This document shows positions 37,270 through 49,095 of a DNA stretch of 64,000 nt, piece after piece. How positions within the stretch are numbered: the stretch's first letter is position 1; each line of letters opens with the position of its first letter. The position numbers were made by a program, and so were the translations under genes. The DNA is from Mobula hypostoma. Its lineage: Eukaryota. The DNA lies in contig NC_086100.1 in NCBI RefSeq assembly GCF_963921235.1, forward strand, positions 199,270,001 through 199,334,000. Direction: 5' to 3'. The notes under the pieces are model-generated. The model was not told the DNA's origin. It was given only the letters and a program-made list of their open reading frames with translations, and made no database searches.

Positions 37270-38350
37270 AGGGGTTCAAAGGGGGGTGGGGGTGGGAAGA
37301 GAAGGGGTCCGAAGGCGGGGGGGGGAAGAAGAGGTCAGAAGGCGGGGGGGAAGAAGGGGTCCGAAGGCAGGGGGGAAGAAGGGGTCCGAAGGCGGGGTGG
37401 GTGGGGGGAAAGGAGGAGACCGAAGGCGGGGTGGGTGGGTGGGTGGGTGGGGGGAAAGGAGGAGTCCGAAGGCGGGGTGGGGGGAAAGGAGGAGTCCGAA
37501 GGCGGGGTGGGTGGGTGGGGGGAAAGGAGGAGTCCGAAGGCGGGGTGGGTGGGTGGGGGGAAAGGAGGAGTCCGAAGGCGGGGTGGGTGGGTGGGGGGAA
37601 AGGAGGAGTCCGAAGGCGGGGTGGGTGGGTGGGTGGGGGGAAAGGAGGAGTCCGAAGGCGGGGTGGGTGGGGGGAAAGGAGGAGTCCGAAGGCGGGGGGG
37701 GGGGGGAAGAGAAGGAGTCTGAAGGCCGGGGGGGGGGGGGGAGAAGGAGGTCCGAAGGCGGGGGGGGGGGAGAAGGAGGTCCGAAGGCGGGGGGGGGGAG
37801 AAGGGGGTCCGAAGGCGGGGGGGAGGAGAGAAGGGGGTCCGAAGGCCGTGGGGGGGGGAGAAGGGGGTCCGAAGGTGGGGGGGGAGGAAGGGGGTCCGAA
37901 GGTGGGGGGGGAGGAAGGGGGTCCGAAGGCGGGGGGGGGAGGAGTAAGGGGGTCCGAAGGCGGGGGGGGGGAGGAGGAAGGGGGTCCGAAGGCGGGGGGG
38001 GGAGAAGGGGGTCCGAAGGCGGGGGGGAGGAGAGAAGGGGGTCCGAAGGCCGTGGGGGGGGGAGAAGGGGGTCCGAAGGTGGGGGGGGAAGGGGGTCCGA
38101 AGGTGGGGGGGGGAGGAAGGGGGTCCGAAGGTGGGGGGGGAGGAAGGGGGTCCGAAGGCGGGGGGGGGAGGAGGAAGGGGGTCCGAAGGCGGGGGGGGGA
38201 GGAGGAAGGGGGTCCGAAGGCGGGGGGGGGAGGAGGAAGGGGGTCCGAAGGCCGGGGGGGGAGGAGGAAGGGGGTCCGAAGGCGGGGGGGGGGAGGAGGA
38301 AGGGGGTCCGAAGGCGGGGGGGGGGGAGAAGGGCGTCCGAAGGCGGGGGG
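37270..38350. repeat. G-rich minisatellite, core GGGGTCCGAAGGCGGGGG, variable unit of about 22-40 bp
   Basis: Dozens of near-invariant TCCGAAGG cores separated by G/A runs; extreme GC skew. Confidence 0.95.
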
Positions 38351-38519
38351 AGCGAGAAGGGGGATGGCGTGATTAGAGGACATGGAATAGATAACGGCAA
38401 GGGGACGGGATGTTTGTGGCGCGGAAGGACTTGTGTCATCCTCTAAGTAAAGAGAGTAGGGTTGCAGGGTGGAAATCAATTTCCTGCCCCAAGGTAATAC
38501 CAAACACTATTTGGAAAAA

Positions 38520-38950
38520 TGCCCCGTCATGCCACCCTTCCCAGTTCTCTCCCTTCCCCCTCCTCCCGCCGCGGCCTGAATCGAGGCCCGGCCGCCATCT
38601 TGTCGAAGGTTCTAGATGGAGGAATCGAGCGCTCAGCGAATCCCCCCTCCACCCCGGGGCCGACCTGGCGCCTTGAGCGCTGATCGGGCGCCGAGCTCCC
38701 TCAAGCTCGCCCTCCGCGGTCCCGGGACCAGTGGGGTCCGGGCCTACCTCCCGCCGTGGCCTGAACCGGGCTCTCGGTGCCACTGCCGATCCTCCCGCCG
38801 CCGCGGACACCAGGGACCGCAATCGAGTGCCGCAGCAATGGCGGCGACGCACTCAGCGCAGGCGGTAGAATCGATCACCGATCTCGTGACCGGATCGTCT
38901 CTCCACTCCGCCTGCGCGACTACGTTGGGACAGCCATTCGGCCCCACCAG
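38520..38950. promoter_or_regulatory. CpG island / housekeeping promoter of ZNF638
   Basis: Dense CpG and high GC. YY1-type motifs (CGCCATT near 38840, AAGATGGCGG near 38597 on minus) and NRF1-like GCGCAGGCG half-sites. Confidence 0.75.
38748..38900 (-). other. ZNF638: Putative ZNF638 exon 1 (5' end approximate); contains no AUG, has GCCGCC-ATT-G at 38845-38836
   Basis: Lies in the window's main non-repeat CpG island. Donor GGGAG|GTAGGC at 38748/38747 is phase-compatible with exon 2. TSS not determinable and intervening exons not excluded. Confidence 0.6.
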
Positions 38951-40104
38951 TCTGGGCCAACCCTTTTCTGTAACTGCAATTGAAACTCAAGCAACACATA
39001 TAAAACCATCCAGCATTTTGTGTGTGTTTCTTGTATTTCCAGCATCTACAGATTTTCTTGTTTGTGACTGAAACTCTACCGTTCTGCCGATCAAACTTGA
39101 GGACAATTTTAGATCGGTGCTTTTCTTATCAGTAGTTCAATGAGATCTTTGATCTGTCCATTTGCCTTTTTCACCTCCACTGATTTCTCCTCCCCTGCTT
39201 GCTTTCGATAATCTGTTGACCAACCTCACTTCTGTAGCCACAGTGCAAACTTGTTCAGCCCTGGCTTCGCCCAAAAACGGACTCTCTGAAAATCCAACTC
39301 TTCACAATGCAGACTAGGGGCAAACTATCCTGCGTTTCACCAGGTCCTGAGATCCATACTTAATAGCATGTATTGGCACAGGCACTGCAGTGGAGAGGAG
39401 GGCTCCATAACGGGTAAAACTACCCAAGGCATTACCAGCACCAGCCTACCTGTCCTCAAGGACCTGTATATGGAAAGGTGCCAGTAACATCATGAAAGAT
39501 CCTACCCATCCTGCTCCTTGACTCTTTGTCCCACTTCAATCAGGGAGGAGGCTGTGTAGCATACATGCCAGGACCACCAAATACACAAACAGTTACTTTT
39601 CCCAAGCAGGAAAGCTGATCAATACTTCCAACCTCTAACCCATCCCTGCACACCCCCAACCACCACTACATTATCTTTTCCTCCTTATCACCTTAAGTAC
39701 AGATATTCAACAAACGCACGGAGATGAAGAGGAACTGCTTTTCCCAGAGGGTGGTGAATCTGAGGAATTCTCTGCCCAGGGAAGCAGTGGCGGCTACCTC
39801 AGTAAATATATTTAAGACAAGGCTGGATAGATTTTTGCATAGTTGGGGAATTTAGGGTTATGGGGAAAAGGCAGGTAGGTGGAGATGAGTCCATGGCCAG
39901 ATCAGCTATGATCTTATTGAGTGGCAGAGCAGGCTCAACGGGCCAGTGGCCTACTCCTGCTCCTATTTGTGATGTTCTCAAAGAGCTGATTATTGACTAC
40001 TGGAGAAAGAAATTGGAGGTCCATGAGGCAGTGCTCATTAAGGGGTCAGTATCTTTAACTGCCTTAGTGTTAGTATATCAAAGGATCTGTCCTGGACCAG
40101 CACA

Positions 40105-40920
40105 TTGTCGAAGATTGCAGAAGTGGGCTGAGAAGTGGCAGATGGAGTTCAACCTGGAGAAGTGTGAGGTGGTACACTTTGGAAGGACAAACTCCAAGGC
40201 AGAAAACAAAGTAAATGGCAGGATACTTGGTAGTGTGGAGGAGCAGAGGGATCTCTGGGTACATGTCCACAGATCCCTGAAAGTTGCCTCACAGTTAGAT
40301 AGGGTAGTTAAGAAAGCTTATGGGGTGTTAGCTTTCCTAAGTCGAGGGATAGAGTTTAAGAGTCGCAATGTAATGATGCAGCTCTATAAATCTCTGGTTA
40401 GGCCACACTTGGAGTATTGTGTCCAGTTCTGGTCACCTCACTATAGGAAGGATGTGGAAGCATTGGAAAGGGTACAGAGGAGATTTACCAGGATGCTGCC
40501 TGGTTTAGAAAGTATGCATTATGATCAGAGATTAAGGGAGCTAGGGCTTTACTCTTTGGAGAGAAGGAGGATGAGAGGAGACATGATAGAGGTGTACAAG
40601 ATAATAAGAGGAATGGTTAGAGTGGATAGCCAGTGCCTCTTCCCCGGGGCACCACTGCTCAATACAAGAGGACATGGCTTTAAGGTAAGGGGTGGGAAGT
40701 TCAAGGGGGATATTAGAGGAAGGTTTTTTACTCAGAGAGTGGTTGGTGCGTGGAATGCACTGCCTGAGTCAGTGGTGGAGGCAGATACACTAGTGAAGTT
40801 TAAGAGACTACTAGACAGGTATATGGAGGAATCTAAGGTGGGGGCTTATATGGGAGGCAGGGTTTGAGGGTCGGCACAACATTGTGGGCCGAAGGGCCTG
40901 TACTGTGCTGTACTATTCTA
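40105..40920 (+). mobile_element. 5'-truncated CR1 with open RT C-terminus, inserted in a Rex1-like remnant
   Basis: LQKWAEKWQMEFN...RPHLEYCVQFWSP...RFFTQRVVGAWNALP followed by a CR1 3' UTR. Confidence 0.88.
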
Positions 40921-41319
40921 TAACTGCCATCGCAAAGAAGGAGTGCCAGTGGCTCTACTTTCTTGGAAGTTTGCGTAGATCTAGTTTGTCACCAAGAACT
41001 TTGACAAACTTCTATAAATGCCCAGCGGAGTGTGTCCAAACTGGTTGCATTACAATCTGATATGGGAACTCCACTGCTCAGGAATGGAGAGCGATAGATA
41101 AGGCCCAGTCCGTCACAGGCAATGGCCTCCCCACCATTGAGCACTTTTCCAAGGCGCGTTGCCACAAAAAAAGGCACTATCGAACGTCAAGGACCGCTAC
41201 CATGCAGGCAATGGTCTCTTCTCACTGCTGCCGTCTGGCAGGAGGTACAGGAGCCTCAGGTCCCACACCACCAGGTTCAGGAACAGTTATTACCCTATCA
41301 GACTCACTTGTTATTTACT

Positions 41320-42505
41320 TTTTTTTAATTTGCATCCCAGCGTACTTCATGTTCACGCTAATGAAAAGAGTGCAGACTCGCAACAAGCCATGAATGAATC
41401 AAACCCAGTAGTGAGTAACACCCTGGTATCAAATGGCTTTACGGGGGCTGGTGATCGTGACTGTAAACTTCCTATAACCCCAGTTCAGGTGACAGTGGAC
41501 GTGGAGAGGATATTTCCTGTGGTGAGAGAATCTAAGAGCAGAGGACACAGCCTCAAACTAGAGGGGCATCCTTTCAGAACAGGGATGAAAAGGAATTTCT
41601 CTAATCAGAGAGTGGTGAATCGGTAGAATTCTTTGCCACAGGCAGCTATGGAGGCCGAGTTTTTAAGGCAGCAGAGGTTGATAGATTCTTTATTGGTCAG
41701 GGCATGAAGGGATACAGGCGATGGGACTGACAGGACATTTGATCAGCCATGATGAAATGGTGAAGCAGATTCGATGGGCTAAATAGCCTAATTCTGCTCC
41801 TATATCTTATGGTCTCATGGTCTAAAACTGCTATAATTCCAGTTCAGGTAAGGTCTAAGAAGGGTAACAAGACAGTGGTTATTTATGCAACACACATAAA
41901 AGTTGCTGGTGAACGCAGCAGGCCAGGCAGCATCTCCAGGAAGAGGTGCAGTTGATGTTTCAGGCCGAGACCCCTCGTCAGGACTAACTGAAGGAAGAGT
42001 GAGTAAGAGATTTGAAAGTTGGAGGGGGAGGGGGAGATCCAAAATGATAGGAGAAGACAGGAGGGGGAGGGATGGAGCCAAGAGCTGGACAGGTGATAGG
42101 CAAAAGGGATACGAGAGGATCATGGGACAGGAGGTCCGGGAAGAAAGACAAGTGGGGAGGGAACCCAGAGGGGGAGGAACCCTTTTGCCAATCACCTGTC
42201 CAGCTCTTGGCTCCATCCCTCCCCCTCCTGTCTTCTCCTATCATTTTGGATCTCCCCCCCCCCCGCCTCCCATTTTCAAATCTCTTACTGACTCTTCTTT
42301 CAGTTAATCCTGACGAAGGGTCTCGGCCTGAAACGTCGACTGTACCTCTTCCTAGAGATGCTGCCTGGCCTGCTGCGTTCACCAGCAACTTTGATGTGTG
42401 TTGCTTGAATTTCCAGCATCTGCAGAATTCCTGTTGTAGTGGTTACTTATGCTGTCCTAGATCGAGGAAGTACCGCAGTGTTCTGCACAGTGAGCCTCAT
42501 GATAA
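41320..42505 (+). mobile_element. BEL/Pao-type gag-protease remnant split by a CR1 tail and a Penelope foldback
   Basis: Pieces rejoin to GAGDRDCKLPI.PVQVRSKKGNKTVVTYAVLDRGSTAVFCTVSLM (LDxGS aspartic protease typical of BEL/Pao). Confidence 0.6.
41889..42437. mobile_element. Penelope pseudo-LTR pair in inverted orientation with two hammerhead motifs (about 41951-41986 minus, degenerate; 42306-42341 plus)
   Basis: Mirror-image copies of the 16.4-16.7 kb sequence; 15-bp TSD AGTGGTTA(T/C)TTATGC (41874-88, 42438-52). Confidence 0.85.
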
Positions 42506-42779
42506 ATTTCATGATATTAAACCTGATTCTGAATCATCAACAAGCTCAACTTGACAGGAAAAAGAACATGCATTCTCTTACGCATGAAGATTCTGAGTAT
42601 TTGTATTTGAATTTATTTCTTACGTCCAAAGGAGTAAAAGTCTTTGTTGTGTCTCCATCACTATGTACAAGCAATAAAGAAGGGGAGGATATTGCCCAGA
42701 CACTAAGACTGTATATATGATTGTTTTGTATATGCATAGGTACAGTCAGATATGCAATCAGATCAATGTGTATGGATAA

Positions 42780-44020
42780 ATCTGATGGGCTGTCCCAGAG
42801 CCTGTAGGTCCTGGCCTTAATGCTGTAGCACCATTTGCCAGATGGCAGCAACTGAAACAGTTTGTGGCTGGGGTCCCTGATAATCCTGCAGGGCCTTTTT
42901 TAGGCACCTCCTCCTGTAAATGTCCTGAAAAGAGGATAGATCACATCCACAGATGCACTGGGCTGTCCACACCACTCCCTGCAGAGCCCTGCGATTGAGG
43001 GAGGTACAGTTCCCATACCAGGCAGTGACACAGCCAGTCAGGATACTCTCAAATGTGCCCCTGAAGACTTGGGGACTCATAACGAACTTCTTCAGCTATC
43101 TGAGGTGAAAGATCACCGCACAGCCGGTACGTACAGTCCAAGTGAGATCTTCGGTGATGTGCATACAGAAGAACTCGTAACTACTCACCCTCTCAACCCC
43201 AGATCTATTGATGTCAATAGGGGTTGGCCTGCCTCCGTTCCTCCTGTAGTCCACAATCAACTCCTTCATTTTTTTCGACACTGAGGGAGAGGTTGTTATC
43301 TTGGCACCACTGTGTCTGGGTGTTGACTTCTCTTTAGACTGTCTCATCACTGCTAGCAATTAGATCTATCAATGTCGTGTCATCTGCAAATTTGATCAGC
43401 AGATTGGAGCTGTGCGTGGCAACACATTTGTGGGTGTATAGGGAGTAGAAGAGGGGGGCTCTGGACACAGCCCTGAGTGGCTCCTGTGTTGAGAGCCAGA
43501 GGGTTGGAGGTGAGATCCTTACCACCTGCCGGAGATCTGACAGGAAGACCAGGATCCAGCTACACAAGGCAGGGTGAAGGCCAAGGTCTCCCAGCTTCTT
43601 ATCAAGCCTGGGGGGAATTATGGAGTTAAATGCTGAACTGTGGTCCAAGAAGAACATTCTAACACAAGCATCCCTCTTCTCCAGATGTGTAAGGATGGTG
43701 GGTAGAGATGTAGCTATTGTATCATCCGTCGATCGGTTGTGTGGGTAGGCGAATTGTCAGGGGTCAGTGTGGGTGGTAGCAAGCTGCAGATGTAGTCCTT
43801 AGCCAGCCTCTCAAAGCATTTGCTTATGATTGAGGTGAGCAGGGCAGAAGGCCAGTCGTTCAGACACATTACCCTGGTTTTCTTTGGTACAGGGACAATG
43901 ATGGATGTTTTGAACCAGGAGGGCACTATGCACTGGGAGAGGGAGGGATTAAAAACATCTGTAAACACACCAGCCAGCTGTGCCACGCACACTTAAGCGT
44001 ACTCGCCCTGGGATGCTGTC
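42780..44020 (-). mobile_element. Degenerate Rex1/Babar-like LINE RT; related pieces at about 44880-45230 (minus) and 49465-49954 (plus)
   Basis: FKTSIIVPVPKK, SSAFNSIIP, KFADDTTL and ESILTGCVTAWYG motifs, frameshifted. Confidence 0.8.
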
Positions 44021-44127
44021 CGACCCCCATTGTTACATTATGGTTACATTGTTCCCGGATTAGAAGTGGCTGGTTTCAATAGTGAAAACAATTGTGAACT
44101 GCTCAAAATCTATATGTGGGAACATAT

Positions 44128-44367
44128 ACAACAGGAATTCTGCAGATGCTGGAAATTCAAGCAACATACATCAAAGTTGCTGGTGAACGCAGCAGGCCAA
44201 GCAGCATCTATAGGAAGAGGCGCAGTTGACATTTCAGGCCGAGACCCTTCGTCAGGACTAACTGAAGGAAGAGTGAGTAATCCCTTAAGGGTCTCGGCCT
44301 GAAACGTCGACTGCGCCTCTTCCTATAGATGCTGCTTGGCCTGCTGCGTTTACCAGCAACTTTGATG
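44128..44367. mobile_element. Short Penelope inverted pseudo-LTR insertion with a hammerhead motif at 44224-44259 (minus)
   Basis: Inverted arms; 15-bp TSD TATGTGGGAACATAT (44113-27, 44368-82). Confidence 0.8.
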
Positions 44368-46291
44368 TATGTGGGAACATATGCCTGTCTGAAAGGGACA
44401 CTGCTCGGCAGACAGATCTTCAGCAAAGGGAATAAGTCTCGTATTCTTCCTTTGTTCATGTACCTGTTCTCTATCTGCTTTGTATTCAGTGCTGTGCGTT
44501 TATTATGCTAACTAGTCACATTAATGGTGGGGGGGGGGCATGGTAAAAGCGAAGGGAATAAGTTTCATATCCTTGCTTTGCAGCTTGGGGACCGACAGAT
44601 GTCATACCTTTTGTTGATTATTCAATTACGCCTATGTATGCTTAAATTTCATCATTTCAAGATTATACGTTTACTGATAAAGAATTGAATACATATCCTT
44701 GACTTTTGGAACAATCATTTTTGGAGCTGAGGTTGCATCATACAAGTTTTACAAATCCATGGGGGATGCCAGCAGTGACAATTTGATTTGGTTAGAATTG
44801 GTCATCATACATAACAATAAAACTATAAATGACAATAAGCACATATAAAAATTTAATTAGTAGTGCAAAAAAGAGGAAGTGTTCCTAAACGTCGAGTGTG
44901 TATCTTCAAGCTCATGTCCCTCCTCCCTGATGGTAGCAATGAGAAGAGGGCATGTGTTGGGTGATGGAGGTTCTTCAGAATCAGAATCATGGATGTCACC
45001 TCTTTGAGGCAACACCTTCTGAAGGTGTCCTCGATGCTGGGGAGTCTAGTGCCCATGGTGGAGCTGGCTGAGTTTACAACTTTCTGCAGCTTTTCCCGAT
45101 CCCGAGTAGTGGCTCCTCGATACCAGATGGCGATGCAGCCAGTTAGAATGCTCCCTGCCGTACATCTGTAGAAATATGCGAATGTCTTTGGTGACAAACC
45201 AGTCCTCCTCAAACTCCTAATGAAATATAGTGAATGACTGCAAAAAAATGAATCTTATAGAAGTATATGGTAACATATATGTATTCTGATAAAAACTTAC
45301 TTACAACTTTGAAACCTTTCCTATCCATATACAGTATCTGTCCACCCTGCTGTAGAGTGATGGCCTACATTCCAATTAATTATTCACAACAGGCGTTGCT
45401 TCAGTAGAAGAATTTTCTTCAGACATTAAAAATTGTTAAATTTCAAACATGGGAGATTCTGCAGATGCAGGAAATCCAGAGCAACACACACAAAATGCTA
45501 GAGGAACTCAGCAGGTCAGGCAGCATCAATGGAGGGGAATGAACAGTTGACACTTAGGGCTGAGACCCTTCATCAGGACTGGAAAGAACGAGGGGAAGGA
45601 GTACAAGCTGGCAGGTGATCGGTGAGGGTGGGGGAATTGCAGTAGCTTTTGCACCAGTATCTTTTTCCCTTTCACGGTGATGTAGCAGGTAGCGTAATGC
45701 TTTACAGTGCCAGTGACTGTCGACTGGGGTTCAATTCCTGCCACTATGTGCAAGGGGCTTGTACGTGCTCCCTGCGACTGCGTGACTTTCCTCCATGTGC
45801 TCTGGTTTCCTCCCACATTCCAAAGACATCTGGGTTGGGATTAGTAGGTTGTGGGTGGGCGTGCTATGTTGGTCCTGGAAGCACATCCTCAAACTGCACT
45901 GGTTGTTACACAATCCACGCTTTTCAGCGCATATTTCGATGGTCGCCTGCGAAATAAGGCTAACCTTAAATCCTAACCTCAAAATCTCAATCTCGTTTCT
46001 CTTTCCAGAATGCTGATTAAACCGAGCATTTCCAGCATTTTCTGTTTTCGCTCCATCTTGTCCAAACGGTGGTGTCTCTGAAAGTGTGGCCTGGAGACAC
46101 GTTGCTCAGTGCTGACCAACTCGGACGTCAATCACTGCTCTGTGAACATCAGAAACAGGAGGTGCCCATTTGGCCTCAATGTCCACTCTGCCATTCCCAT
46201 AAGATCATAACTGTACAGCACAAAAACAGGCCCTTCGGCCCCATGTCCATGCTGATTGAGCTAGTCCTGATTGGCTGGTATCCTTCCAAAG

Positions 46292-47376
46292 CAGGGGCAC
46301 CTGACCTTTTCTTATGCCATGGAGCCTTAAACATTCTCAAGTGAACTGGTCTGAAAGCTACTAAGTAACTTACTTTCTGAACCCTTTTACTGACTGAGAC
46401 TTATTTTCAAAAGCGTTAATCTGATCATTTTGAGAGTTCAATGGTCGTTTAAAATATTCAGCACTTCTACGTGTCATATGGCTGTATTTGTAGTTAAGTG
46501 TCTTTTCAACTTTGCTGGAGGAATTGCTACATTTGTAAGGTGTTTGCCACAGACTAGGCACAATGGAATAAGACAACTTTGATCACCAGTCCATGTAAAA
46601 CCTGTTGATAAGTAGCTGTTTTGTGTCTGTTGTTGCACTAGTTCAGTGAAATGACTCAGAAGATTGTAATTCTTCATCATTAACCTTATCAGAATCCTCC
46701 TCTTCCATCTCACACCTCCTCTTCAAAATCACCACATTGGACCATCTTTAGAGTGAAAATTTCCCTCCAATTTTCAACTACACTTGTAGTTTGTTCGCTC
46801 CCATAAGTCAGTCGGCGGTGTGGAAGGGGAAGTTAGGGGACATAATTTAGGAGGGAGAGGATGATGTCACAGCCCAAGTTGGGCAAGTCCATTCAATGCT
46901 GGGAAAACTCACTTCATGCTCATCAGCCTACCATCCTCCCCTCCGACTACCGTTCTCCCTTCCATACAATACAGCACTCACCAATTATCAGTCTACCATC
47001 CACCCCTCCGTGTAATACAGTGCTCACCATCAGCCTACCATCCTCCCCTCTGTGTAATACAGCGCTCACCATCAGCCTACCATCCTCCCCTCCGACTACC
47101 GTTCTCCCTTCCATGCAATACAGCACTCACCAATTATCAGTCTACCATCCACCCTCTGTGTAATACAGCAGCCTACCCTATCCCTATGGACTCAACCAAT
47201 TAAACACAGTCGTACTGCGCACTGCCATAATTTGCTGAGAGACCGCTACAAGGTTGCTAACAGGGTTGCTCGGTCACTGCCCGCACTGCAAGCGCTAGCA
47301 TTGTGTGTTGCTTGAAGTTCAAAAAAGCTTTTATTTTAATCAGGATCTCTCGCAGAACCCTGGTTGAGAAACCCTG
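46292..47376 (-). mobile_element. hAT (Charlie/Buster-like) transposon remnant with internal tandem duplications (46920-47170)
   Basis: CAGGGG...CCCTG ends; YLSTGFTWTG...PLCLVCGK.L....PAKLKRHL BED-finger remnant. No 8-bp TSD found, so boundaries are uncertain. Confidence 0.6.
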
Positions 47377-47452
47377 CATGAGAGACATTTAAGAGACTCT
47401 TAGATAGACACATGGACGACAGAGGTAGTAATAGGGAGTGAACTGAATAGGT

Positions 47453-49095
47453 TTGAATTTTGCATCAGTCTTCACTATGGAAGGCACTAGCAGTATGACA
47501 GAAGTTCAAGAGGTGAGTGCTAGGGAGAAGATGCTTAGGAAACTGAAAGGTCTGAAGGTAGATAAGTCACCTGAACCAGATGGTCTACACCCCAGTGTTC
47601 TGAAAGAAGTGGTTGAAGAGATTGTGAAGCCATTAGGAACGATCTTTGAAGAATCAATAGATTCTGGCATGATTTTAGGGGACTAGAAAATTGCAAATAT
47701 CTCTCCATTCTTTAATAAGGGAGAGAGGCAGAAGAAAGGAAATTGTGGGCCAGTTAGTCTGAGTTCAGTGGTTGGGAAGGTACTTGAGTTGATTGTTAAG
47801 GACATGGTTTTGGGAACTTGGAGGCATGTGATAAAATAGGCTGAAGTCAGCATGTTTTCCTTACGGGAAAATCCTGCCTGTTGCAATTCTTTGAAGAAAT
47901 AAAAAGCAGGATAGACAAAGGAGAATCGATGTATGTTGTGTATTTGGATTTTCAGAAGGCCTTTAACAAGGTGCCACACATGAGACGGTTTAACAAGTTA
48001 AGAGCCCGTGGTATTACAGGAAAGATACTCGCATGGATAAAGCAGTGGTTGATTGGCAGGAGGCAAAAAGTGGGAATAATGAGAGCTTTTTCTGGTTGGC
48101 TGCCGGGGACTTGTGGTGTGCTGCAAGGGTCTGTGTTGGGACCAATTCTTTTTATATTATACAGTACGTCAATGATTTGTATGATGGAATTATTGGCTTT
48201 GTGGCCAAGTTCGTGGACAATATGAAGATTGGTGGAGGAGCAGGTCGTTTTGAGAAAGTAGGGAGGTTACAGAAGGATTTAGACAGATTAGGAGAATGGG
48301 CAAAGAAATGACAGATGGAATACAGAGTTGGGAAGTGTATGGTCATGCACTTTGGTAGAAGAAATGAAAGAGTAGACTGCTTTCGAAATGGAGAGAAAAT
48401 CCAAAAATCAGAGGTACAAAGGGGCTTGGGAGTCCACGTACAGGATTCCCAAAAGGTTAATGTGCAGATTGAGCCTATGGTGAGGAAGGCAAATGCAATG
48501 TTCACATTCATTTCAAGATAACTAGTATATAAAGGCAGGGTTTCATAAGGCACTGGGAAGCCTCACTTGGAGTATTGTGGGCAATTTTGGGTCCATTTTT
48601 TAAGAAAGGATGTGGAGAGGGTTCAGAGGAGGTTCATGAGAATGATTCTGGAAATGAAAGAGTTACCATATGAAAACAGATTGATGGCTGTGGGCCTGTA
48701 CTCACTGGAAATCAGAAGAATGAGAGGGGGGATCTCATTGAAACCTCTCGAATACTGGAAGGCCTCAATAGAGTGGACGTGGGGAGGATGTTTCCTATAG
48801 TGGGAGAGTCTAGGAATGGAGGGCACAGCCTCAGAATAGAGGGACATCTATGTAGAACAGAGATGAGAAGGAATTTGTTGAGCTGGTGAGTGGTGAATGT
48901 GTGGAATTTGTCACCGCAGGTGGCTAAAGTCATTGGGTGTATTGAAGGCAGAGACTGATAGGTTCTTAATTAGTCCAGGCATGAAGGGCTACGGGGAGAA
49001 GGCAGCAGGCTGAGGCTGAAAGAGAAATTGGATCAGCCATGATGAAATGGTGGAGCAGACTCAATGGGCCAAATGGCCTAATTCTGCTCATACGG
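47453..49095 (+). mobile_element. Older degenerate CR1 RT and 3' end
   Basis: FASVFT, KSPEPDG, YLDFQKAFNKVPH and QGSVLGP with many frameshifts. Confidence 0.85.

Noticed and set aside
36979..38503. Long Pro-rich and Gly/Arg-rich ORFs (247-468 aa) on both strands
   Set aside because: By-products of a stop-poor G-rich minisatellite; open in several frames with no protein-like complexity.
38527..38598. AAGATGGCGG as the true ZNF638 start codon
   Set aside because: The frame stops after 23 codons and the only nearby GT (AGG|GTGGCA) is weak and phase 0, incompatible with exon 2; more likely a YY1 site.
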